NCBI GenBank assembly: GCA_011364905.1
Contig: RDNZ01000015.1
Coordinates: forward strand, 1-51,659
Length of the DNA stretch: 51,659 nt
Reading direction: 5' to 3'
From: Candidatus Thorarchaeota archaeon
Lineage (GTDB): Archaea; Asgardarchaeota; Thorarchaeia; Thorarchaeales; Thorarchaeaceae
Below the pieces are notes generated by a model. It was given only the letters and a program-made list of their open reading frames with translations, was not told the origin of the DNA and searched no databases. Of the stretch, positions 40,945 through 49,083 are shown one piece after another. A program made the translations under genes and the position numbers. The stretch's first letter is position 1, and the number at the start of each line of letters is the position of its first letter.

Positions 40945-41209
40945 ATGCTAGATTACTCTCAAGCATCGAATTACATTGAGAAGACACAATCTCGGAATAA
41001 GTTGCATGTGAGTTCAAATCAAGAGAATGATAGTTACATTAACAAAAACCTGATACAAATGTTGTAAAAGTGATATCTGACTAGTATAGTGAAGAAAAAA
41101 CGATAAACTCCAACTATGAAAGTTCAAAGAAAGTGAAGCAAAACAGGAATGCCTAAGTTAAAATATGCAGCTTCAACTACTGAATTGTTGGTAAAGTTGA
41201 GGGGTCGAA

Positions 41210-43360
41210 ATGGAAAGGATTGACTTTTGCATAATGCTGTTACTATTGCTGTCGTTGGTCACGGTGGACTTCGATAGCTCTGGCGGTACTTTTCAAGTTG
41301 CTCAAGGAAATCCTCAGGAAACTGGGGAGCTTCTACCGGATCCTAACCTGATGACCATGCCAATCATCGAGATTGGTGATTCGTCTCCTGAGTTTAGCTA
41401 TCAGTATCAATCAGAAACAAGTAATGGAAACCTTGATCTCATATGGACACATACGGCTGGCTATCAGTTGGATTACGAAAATGGATTTCCTAACGTCAAA
41501 TGTAAAGAGTTTGCTCGTAGCTGGCATGCATTCAATTGGCAGTATAATCAGACGCCAATCACACTGAAAATGAAAGCAACAGTCGAGATATCCTGTACAG
41601 GAAGCTTCGCGTCCCAAGAATATGGAAAGGACATGTATTCGATCAACTTCTGGATTGGAAAACCTGAGTTGAGTGACGTATACCTGCTAACGAGCTTTGA
41701 TGACCTTGAGATTGGACGGTATTACGACCTTGAATTCCAGATGCAACGTTTCCAAGCCGAGGCTATCTTTTCTGGCTCCGTAATGCTTGATTCCGCGCAA
41801 GGATACCTCAGTGATGAGTATAGACTGGCTGTGGGTATCATTCCAACACTCCAATTCTTCTATCCACTCACTAGCATAGCTCCTTGGGAGGAGTTTCAGG
41901 GAACTGTTACAGCCACAATCACGCACATATCTGTCACAGCACTCTTGGAGGCAAGAAAGATAACACCTTCTTTAAAGGCCCCCAAATACAACTCATCAGA
42001 CATATGGAAGGAAACAGATAGGGGCTTAGCAATTGAGCCAATAGATCGGAACTCCCTTTCATACTTGAGCCAAAGTTCGAGTAGCAATCCTGCTTCTCTA
42101 AAACTAGGAAGGATGACTTCGCAACATACTCCCATTATGGAAGAAGTTCAAATACCGTACTCATTTGCAGAAACTCAATTCCAATCATTCAAGGCTGTAG
42201 ACAATAGAATGTACATACTTGGACTAGATAAGATGGTATATGGTATTAATCTCATTGCAATCGATTCTAATGGAAATGGGATATGGAATAGCACATATTC
42301 TCTCTTTGATCGGGATGTGCCAATAGTCCTAGACGTGTCTGCATCTGGAAGAATCTACATCGTGTCTTTATCAGAGAGATACACCCCATTGCCAGATTCC
42401 CTAGCATACGACATCGTGTATAGTCTGCTCTGCATAGACCAATCTGGCACAGCTCTGTGGAATCAGACTCTGGATGTGATGAGCTTAGAAGAATATGCAG
42501 CAATGTCGTATAACTGGCAGATTCCAAGAGGTCTTGGGTGCGTTGATGGCGACGTGTATGTTAGTATGGTTGATTCAGTCATGAAGTATGATTCTAGTGG
42601 AAATCATATTTGGACCATACCTTTTGAACATGATGCGCTCTGTATCGACCCTGCTGGAGGATTCTACACTTGTTCAAAGGAGCTAAATGATGAACTTAGA
42701 CTAACCAAGTGGAATTCAGCAGGAGAAGTTGTCTGGAACCGGTCTCTGAGTCTCAACTATGGACTGGATTGGCAAGATCATCCAACCATATCTGCGATGG
42801 AGGTTGGGCCTGATGGGCAACTCGTAGCAGTTCTTGTGTACTCACACATTCACCCAGTGATAATGATCACAAGGATTTCCCGAATGGGACAGATAGTTTC
42901 CCAAGACTCAATTTCAGAAGAAACGAATGACTTTCCATATTTCAACTCCGGCTTTTACTTCTACCCCTACACATATGCTATGAACCCATATGTTTGTGAC
43001 ATGGCACTCACAGGAGATGGGCTAGTGCATCTCGCAGTTCGGGAAAATTACTATGGAGCAGATATCTATAGCCCCTTTCCAGCATCCGTTGCGACCATTC
43101 TTCTCACTTACGAGTTATCGGGTCCGATTGTGATTGCTGTCAGTCCAGAGGCGCTGATAATAACGGGCGTAGCGACACTCATCTTTGCGGCAATTGCCTG
43201 GGATCATTTCATCAGAGGTCGGACCAGACTATCCTTGCCTCGGAAGTACTTTTCGCGATCTCTAGAGTGCCTTTTGACTAGTTTTAGTTTAATCTTGGAA
43301 TACTCATCTGCAGCATTGGGATGTCCGCGCAAATACTCTCTAAAAGCGATGTGTCTATGA
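41210..43360 (+). CDS. Large single-pass surface protein (copy 2) with aberrant C-terminus
   Basis: Collinear paralog of 35432-37531 up to WDHFIRGRTR; tail reads antisense into the GrpB gene. Confidence 0.7.
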   Translation: MERIDFCIMLLLLLSLVTVDFDSSGGTFQVAQGNPQETGELLPDPNLMTMPIIEIGDSSPEFSYQYQSETSNGNLDLIWTHTAGYQLDYENGFPNVKCKEFARSWHAFNWQYNQTPITLKMKATVEISCTGSFASQEYGKDMYSINFWIGKPELSDVYLLTSFDDLEIGRYYDLEFQMQRFQAEAIFSGSVMLDSAQGYLSDEYRLAVGIIPTLQFFYPLTSIAPWEEFQGTVTATITHISVTALLEARKITPSLKAPKYNSSDIWKETDRGLAIEPIDRNSLSYLSQSSSSNPASLKLGRMTSQHTPIMEEVQIPYSFAETQFQSFKAVDNRMYILGLDKMVYGINLIAIDSNGNGIWNSTYSLFDRDVPIVLDVSASGRIYIVSLSERYTPLPDSLAYDIVYSLLCIDQSGTALWNQTLDVMSLEEYAAMSYNWQIPRGLGCVDGDVYVSMVDSVMKYDSSGNHIWTIPFEHDALCIDPAGGFYTCSKELNDELRLTKWNSAGEVVWNRSLSLNYGLDWQDHPTISAMEVGPDGQLVAVLVYSHIHPVIMITRISRMGQIVSQDSISEETNDFPYFNSGFYFYPYTYAMNPYVCDMALTGDGLVHLAVRENYYGADIYSPFPASVATILLTYELSGPIVIAVSPEALIITGVATLIFAAIAWDHFIRGRTRLSLPRKYFSRSLECLLTSFSLILEYSSAALGCPRKYSLKAMCL

Positions 43361-43722
43361 AGACTATTACTCTCCGTATCGCACACGTAGAGGTGATGCG
43401 GTGGAAACTGACATCCTAAAACAGAATCGACGAGGTCAAAGGCTTCTCGCCCTGCTATTCTGAGGTCTCCCAGATGAGAGAAACCAATTTCCTCCAGACG
43501 GGTCTTGGTTTCTTCGAAGTGTGACTTCTGGATTACTACATCAATGTCGATGATTGGCTTTGTTATCATTCAGGGAACGGCTGTGCTTCCAACGTGCTCA
43601 ATCCTCACTACATGTTGACGAAGCCCAGATTGAAGAAAATCAGATAGCCTCTCGAACCATAGTACCCATTTCGGATTGTAACTCTCGACAGTTACAGGCT
43701 CAGAGGGTTTGTGCATTGCCAT
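43204..43722 (-). pseudogene. GrpB/UPF0157-family nucleotidyltransferase-like gene interrupted by an in-frame TGA
   Basis: MAMHKPSEPVTVESYNPKW...IEHVGSTAVP*MITKPIIDID...HHLYVC...FREYLR; TGA at 43570-43572. Confidence 0.8.
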
Positions 43723-43779
43723 TATCACCGTCGAACTTCAACTTCCGAGTCGTGACCAGACTGAATACAAAGAAACCAA

Positions 43780-43803
43780 GGGACCCTGCCCAAAGCAGGG
43801 CCC
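43780..43803 (-). terminator. GC-rich hairpin with T-rich tail after the Fe-S oxidoreductase
   Basis: Minus strand GGGCCCTGC-TTTGG-GCAGGGTCCC followed by TTGGTTTCTTT. Confidence 0.55.
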
Positions 43804-43815
43804 ACCAAGATAGAA

Positions 43816-45141
43816 CTATAGAAGCTCATCAAGAACTTCAAGAAGCTCTACAACTTTTAGCTTTGATCCAACACCCGAGAGGTCCTTGCCAGTCTCTTCT
43901 TCTTCTTTCTTCAGTGCCTTGATTCCATCATTGAAGTTGGTTATGCAGAAGGGACATGATGTCATCAGGATGTCTGCACCTGTCGATGCAGCCTCACGGA
44001 GTCGCTCCTTCGCAGTTGACAAAGCCATGTCTGGGAATTGCGCTTTTACACCTCCACCAGCGCCACAACAGAAGGAATCGCCCTTAATCCTGTACATCTC
44101 GATCAACTCTAGTCCTGGGATTGCTTTCAGAACCACTCGTGGAATCTCATAGTGTTCTTCCTTTGCTTTCTCAGCGGCTCTACTATCGAGAAGCCAGTTG
44201 TGGGACTTTTCAAGAATATCCTTCTCAATCGCGATACCCACGTGACGAATACTATGACACGGATCATGCCACGTGACCTTCTTGTTGTAGGGCTTGTTGA
44301 TCTTCAACTTACCCTCTTTCAGCAGGTCATAGACATATTCAACAGTGTGACGTGTCTTGAAGGGTAAAGGCTTTCCACTGACGCGTGGATAATCATTTCT
44401 GATGGTCTTGTAACATCCAGCACATGAGAAGAGTAAGAGATCGAAGTCCTTGAAGGTCTCTAGGTTCTTCTCCATTACTTCCTTGAAGACTGCTTTCTGG
44501 CCAGTCCGCAGGATTGGCGAACCACAACAGACTTCATCCGAGATGATGGTAAAGTCCACACCAAGTTTCTTCAGAATTGATGCTGTTTTGTCAGCGACAT
44601 GTTGTTGCCGATACGCACCTGTGCATCCAACAAAGTACCCAATCTTGACATCTTTGTCAATGTTTTCTGCGTACTTTTCCTGAGCCCACTTTGTTCGATC
44701 ACTTCGCGCCTCGTTGTACGGATTCCTCATGTCTTCATTGTGTACCATGTCGCGGAACTTCGCATGCTTTGGTAGAGGTTCTACGCCAGCCTCTATGACT
44801 GCAGCCCTCAGCTCTTCTGTCACATGTACAGTATCGATATAATTGGGACACTGCGTCTCACACATGCCGCAGGTCGTACAAGCCTCTGCTACTTCGAGGA
44901 GTTCCTGACTAGCAGGAAGCTCATTGTTTAGAAAGGCACGAGCCATCCATTGCTTTCCAGAGTTGAAATACCCTTCCCAGCCGAAATAGATACCAGCAGG
45001 GCAACCCTGAAGCATACCTGTGTACTCCTCGTCCCTTCCTTCTCGGTCAGGTTCTCCGGAGTAAGCGTATTGGCATGCTCGGCAGTGAATGCACCGCGCA
45101 TTAATCCTTCGAAGGTCTTCTAGACTTGTCATCTCATTCAT
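43816..45141 (-). CDS. Fe-S oxidoreductase with two CCG domains (HdrD/GlcF/GlpC-like)
   Basis: CIHCRAC, CTTCGMCETQCP, FVGC, EVCCG, SCAGC, HDPCH, CCGAGGG, SCPFC. Confidence 0.9.
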   Translation of the reverse strand: MNEMTSLEDLRRINARCIHCRACQYAYSGEPDREGRDEEYTGMLQGCPAGIYFGWEGYFNSGKQWMARAFLNNELPASQELLEVAEACTTCGMCETQCPNYIDTVHVTEELRAAVIEAGVEPLPKHAKFRDMVHNEDMRNPYNEARSDRTKWAQEKYAENIDKDVKIGYFVGCTGAYRQQHVADKTASILKKLGVDFTIISDEVCCGSPILRTGQKAVFKEVMEKNLETFKDFDLLLFSCAGCYKTIRNDYPRVSGKPLPFKTRHTVEYVYDLLKEGKLKINKPYNKKVTWHDPCHSIRHVGIAIEKDILEKSHNWLLDSRAAEKAKEEHYEIPRVVLKAIPGLELIEMYRIKGDSFCCGAGGGVKAQFPDMALSTAKERLREAASTGADILMTSCPFCITNFNDGIKALKKEEEETGKDLSGVGSKLKVVELLEVLDELL

Positions 45142-45203
45142 TTCTCCTTGTATCGTAGACGTTTATAGTGGTTATGTTTCGTAACATTTTTCACACCCTA
45201 GTT

Positions 45204-46721
45204 TCATTCTTTAGTCGGATTGGGAAGGTCCGTGACGCTCTCCCATGGGATTGCGAGACGACCTGGGTGCAATATCAAGTTCGGGTCCAAGACCTTTCGG
45301 AATTTGACCAGCATCTTGTAGTACTCCTTAGCCTGACTGAAGGTCTGTGGCGCATGGACGAATGGATCTGGCCGATAGTTGAGCCACCCTTTCTTCAGGA
45401 AACTCTTTGTGGTCTCAAGGTTGAACTCCCGAATCTTGTCCATAATGCCAGGCTCTGTCCAGTCAAAACAAAGGATGGGCATAACAATTGCTTGCCTTGC
45501 GTGATCAATGGATGCAACCCACATCGTTTCTGGGAAGCCGTGGTCCGCCATTGCTGCGCAGTACTCCTCCATCATCTTGCTACTCTCAAGCCATGGGCAG
45601 TACCAGGTGATGAACAGGAATCCTGCCTGCCAGAGAGAGTATGGGACCGCAATCTTATTGGGCTTCTTGAGCCGGGATGCGACCTGCTTTGGATGCAGCT
45701 CCTGCTTTGGAGTCGAGCGCTTCTCCCGAACCTCATAGTCCTTGTAGATTTTGTCAATACCTTTGAGGGTTTCATCGAGCTCCTCCTGAGACCACGCCCA
45801 GCACTCGTAATTCATCCACTTCTTGTCGACTCCAATCTTCTTGTAAAAGTCATAATCGATTGGAACATTCTCTTTGGGCCAGCGCGTCATGACAAGTTCA
45901 TAGTTACCACCCTGCACCATGACAGTGCGTTCCGCAATGCCCAGTTCATGTCTAGAAATCTCCCAAGCGGGCTTGACAATGTCATCCCAAGATTCGCCCC
46001 CATAGGCTACAACTGTCTTATAGTGAGGATGGGGTACCATCTTGATGGCACACTTCGTGATGATGCCCATTGAGCCCTGAGACCCCAGAAACAGACCATC
46101 AGGGTTTGGTCCAACGCCCCATCTATAGAACGGTTTTGCACCGGGCAGTGCCCATGAGCCAGTGTGAAAGATCTCACCCGTTGGTAACACAATTTGCATG
46201 CCCATTATCATATCTGCCTGAGGACCATATACACCAGTTACGAGCGAGAACCCTCGCTCAATGGCATCACCAAGTACTGTGGCTGCAGGCGGTGCGCCAT
46301 CAGGGATTGGCGGAGCCCAGTCTGGGTACTTGGTTTTGAAAATTCTCCATGCATCACCAGATCTGACACCAGGCTCCACAACCATGACTCTGTTCTCAGT
46401 ATCTACTTCCATTTTGTCCATCCGAGTCATGTCCATGTAGATTCCGCCAGGTTCTATTGCTGGTAATGCAAAGCCTCCGCTGAGGCCTCCAGCTGCAGGG
46501 GTTACAGGGCTCAGGTTCTCGTTCGCCACAATGAGGATCTTGGATACTTCCTCTGCGCTTGCAGGTCGTACAATGACCTCTGGAACGACAGCCTCGAGGC
46601 CCATAATCCCTCGCGCCATATAGCTATGACGAAGCGGTTCACTGGTGGTGACATACTTCTCACCACAGATGTTTGTGAGTTTCTTGACCACCTCGTCTGT
46701 GACCTTGTTATACTCTACCAA
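45204..46721 (-). CDS. FAD-linked oxidoreductase, VAO/PCMH (GlcD-like) family
   Basis: VRPASAEEV, VEPGV, VLGDAIERG, VLPTGEI, GPNPDGLFLGSQGSMGIITK, LDPNLILHPG. Confidence 0.9.
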   Translation of the reverse strand: MVEYNKVTDEVVKKLTNICGEKYVTTSEPLRHSYMARGIMGLEAVVPEVIVRPASAEEVSKILIVANENLSPVTPAAGGLSGGFALPAIEPGGIYMDMTRMDKMEVDTENRVMVVEPGVRSGDAWRIFKTKYPDWAPPIPDGAPPAATVLGDAIERGFSLVTGVYGPQADMIMGMQIVLPTGEIFHTGSWALPGAKPFYRWGVGPNPDGLFLGSQGSMGIITKCAIKMVPHPHYKTVVAYGGESWDDIVKPAWEISRHELGIAERTVMVQGGNYELVMTRWPKENVPIDYDFYKKIGVDKKWMNYECWAWSQEELDETLKGIDKIYKDYEVREKRSTPKQELHPKQVASRLKKPNKIAVPYSLWQAGFLFITWYCPWLESSKMMEEYCAAMADHGFPETMWVASIDHARQAIVMPILCFDWTEPGIMDKIREFNLETTKSFLKKGWLNYRPDPFVHAPQTFSQAKEYYKMLVKFRKVLDPNLILHPGRLAIPWESVTDLPNPTKE

Positions 46722-46788
46722 ATGACTAATCCTCCATCTTCAGCCTTAGGAGCTGATACGGTAGTTGTCGAAAGCAAGGTTTCGCTGG

Positions 46789-46832
46789 AGAAATCCATCA
46801 TAAATAAGATTCGGCTAACAATAGATATCGAA
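46789..46832 (+). repeat. Intergenic repeat copy A
   Basis: AGAAATCCATCATAAATAAGATTCGGCTAACAATAGATATCGAA. Confidence 0.8.
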
Positions 46833-46926
46833 TGTGGAATAAAAAAAAGAGGATATGCGTTCCTCATTAATTCCCTTATTGTGATTCCAGTTTGACCAAT
46901 CATGAAAGCTCTAAGTGAACTGCGAT

Positions 46927-47880
46927 TTAGGTCACCCTTGACGAACTCAGGCAAAGACTCTGTTCAGGAACTTCGAATAGAGTGCTACTAAGATATTTCG
47001 AACCCAAGTCAGCCAGCAGCACCACTATTAGAGATTCTGACTCACGCTGATTGTGTAAATCTTTAGCTAAATCAAGAGCACCTGTAACCGCTGCACCTGC
47101 GCTATGACCAATGAAGAGACCCTCCTCAACAGCCAGATTTTTTGCTGTGCACTCTGCAGAAACATCATCTACGTAAATACGCTGGTCAAGAATTGTTTCG
47201 TCAAATATCCCTGGCACGTACTGAGTCTTCAAATCTTTCAGTCCTGCGATAGCCGCTCCAGTTTCAGGCTCTACTGAAACAATCTTGATTGTTGAGTCAA
47301 ACTCTTTCAGACCTCGTCCTACACCCATCAATGTACCGGATGTACCAAGACCTGCAACGAAATGCGTGACTTTCCCATCAGTGTCTTCGATTATCTCTTG
47401 AGCTGTTGTTTCATAATGAGCAGTCCAGTTCATTGGATTCTCAAACTGGTTTGGATAATAATACATCTCTGGTGATTCTATGAGCCTTGCATCCACGTAG
47501 TCTTGAGCCCCATCCATACCAAGATCTGCAGATGTGAGCGTAACAGTAGCACCATATGCTTCCATCATTCTGCGTCGTTCAATCGACATTGATTCGGGCA
47601 TGACCAACTCACATCTGTATCCTCTAATGGCACAGATCATAGCGAGTCCTATTCCTGTGTTCCCGCTTGTTGCTTCGATTACGGTCTTGTCCTTAGTCAG
47701 AAGCCCTCGCTCAATAGCGCTGTCGATCATATACTTGGCAATTCGGTCCTTCACACTCCCTCCAGGATTTAGACCCTCGATTTTTGCGAGAAGTGTGATA
47801 TCGGGATATGGATTGAGATGATGGATTCTAACAAGGGGCGTATGGCCTATCATTTCACTTACATTGTCATAGTATTTCAT
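46927..47880 (-). CDS. Cysteine synthase family PLP enzyme (CysK/CysM)
   Basis: IGHTPLV, NPGGSVKDR, EATSGNTGIG, NQFEN, GLGTSGT. Confidence 0.93.
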   Translation of the reverse strand: MKYYDNVSEMIGHTPLVRIHHLNPYPDITLLAKIEGLNPGGSVKDRIAKYMIDSAIERGLLTKDKTVIEATSGNTGIGLAMICAIRGYRCELVMPESMSIERRRMMEAYGATVTLTSADLGMDGAQDYVDARLIESPEMYYYPNQFENPMNWTAHYETTAQEIIEDTDGKVTHFVAGLGTSGTLMGVGRGLKEFDSTIKIVSVEPETGAAIAGLKDLKTQYVPGIFDETILDQRIYVDDVSAECTAKNLAVEEGLFIGHSAGAAVTGALDLAKDLHNQRESESLIVVLLADLGSKYLSSTLFEVPEQSLCLSSSRVT

Positions 47881-47979
47881 AATCTTCCATTACTCATCTT
47901 CCTCTTTTGCTAATAGGCATGTCTGCAAATATTGCCCTCATTCTATCTTTATGCTCCATCACCGTTGAAAGCGCGCAGA

Positions 47980-48046
47980 AGAAATCCATCATAAACAGGA
48001 TTCGGCTAGCCATAGATTCGAAAGAAGCAAGATAGATTAGCCTTCA
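47980..48046 (+). repeat. Intergenic repeat copy B (upstream of LRR gene 1)
   Basis: AGAAATCCATCATAAACAGGATTCGGCTAGCCATAGATTCGAAAGAAGCAAGATAGATTAGCCTTCA. Confidence 0.85.
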
Positions 48047-48059
48047 CCCTTATTTGTAA

Positions 48060-48917
48060 ATGGGTAGTTTTCGTTTGGCGAGTATCAGTTTCGACCAAGG
48101 GATTGCGATTCTTGCATTTTTAACATCAATACTCGTTGGTTTGTTCATGTGGATTTACTTGGGGGAGAGAGCCGTAGATTTCAATGACCGTGTTTTCTCC
48201 ACTTTTTTAATAACTACTTTATGTTGGTGCGGTTGGCTTTTTCTTGGTATTGAAATCACAACCAGATATCATGCTTGGAAAAGGCGATTCGCACAACCGC
48301 AACTGATGACTCTGGATTTGGAAAATTCTAATCTTGATAAGATTAATCTAGCAAGTATCGAAAATCTTGACCAATATGAGCGAATCGATCTTGGATTCAA
48401 CGAACTGAAGACAATCGATCTCTCTCCTCTCACTGGGAGCACTAGCCTGAAGGAGTTGATTCTCTACATGAATCACCTGGAGTCCATCGATCTCTCTCCA
48501 CTGGCATCCTGCCCGAATCTCGAGTATCTTGACCTTACAAACAATGACCTTGAAACGATAGACCTCACACCACTCGCATTGTGTTTCAAACTAACTGGTC
48601 TGAATATTGGAGGAAACAAAACCTCACACCTCGATTTGAGTCCAATATCGGAATGTAGAGAATTGGAAGTTCTAAATATCGATGATATGAATCTTAGAGA
48701 GATCGATCTCTCACCTCTAAGAAACTTCACAAAATTGTGGTTCCTAAAACTGAATGATAACGAGCTGAAAACTCTCGATATCACGCCACTATTCGAGTGT
48801 CAAAAGCTGTCTGATTTTGAGATTGATAACATAGAGCTAACAACCACGTTGGATTTTGATCTCGAAACTTGGCCAAAAGGTGTTAGAGAGTATAAACGCA
48901 GAATTCGTTTTATCTAG
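48060..48917 (+). CDS. Membrane-anchored leucine-rich-repeat protein (2 TM + LRR)
   Basis: Two TMs, then 22-aa repeats such as DLSPLASCPNLEYLDLTNNDLETI. Confidence 0.88.
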   Translation: MGSFRLASISFDQGIAILAFLTSILVGLFMWIYLGERAVDFNDRVFSTFLITTLCWCGWLFLGIEITTRYHAWKRRFAQPQLMTLDLENSNLDKINLASIENLDQYERIDLGFNELKTIDLSPLTGSTSLKELILYMNHLESIDLSPLASCPNLEYLDLTNNDLETIDLTPLALCFKLTGLNIGGNKTSHLDLSPISECRELEVLNIDDMNLREIDLSPLRNFTKLWFLKLNDNELKTLDITPLFECQKLSDFEIDNIELTTTLDFDLETWPKGVREYKRRIRFI

Positions 48918-48989
48918 TATTTTTAGAAACACACGCCACCTGCGAGAACAGACACGGCCTTAGAATGACTCTAAGTGTCCGTTCATCAA

Positions 48990-49056
48990 AGAATTCCACC
49001 AGAGAAAGGATTCGGCTAACTATAGATTTGGTAAAAGCAAGACAGATTAGCTTTCA
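48990..49056 (+). repeat. Intergenic repeat copy C (upstream of LRR gene 2)
   Basis: AGAATTCCACCAGAGAAAGGATTCGGCTAACTATAGATTTGGTAAAAGCAAGACAGATTAGCTTTCA. Confidence 0.85.
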
Positions 49057-49083
49057 TGAGTTTCCATCTGTAGGAGTCTGCTA

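Noticed and set aside
40981-40993. 13-nt match AAGACACAATCTC to a site inside surface-protein copy 1 (near 37119)
   Set aside because: Too short, with no flanking similarity; compatible with chance
43570-43572. Selenocysteine codon
   Set aside because: Aligns to a conserved Gly rather than Cys, and no SECIS was recognised
45168-46073. 301-aa plus-strand ORF
   Set aside because: Antisense shadow of the FAD oxidoreductase with no recognisable motifs
46789-49056. Repeats as a CRISPR array or canonical integron attC sites
   Set aside because: Spacing is about 1 kb with whole genes in between; copies are degenerate; no proper RYYYAAC/GTTRRRY pair; no integrase or cas gene in the window
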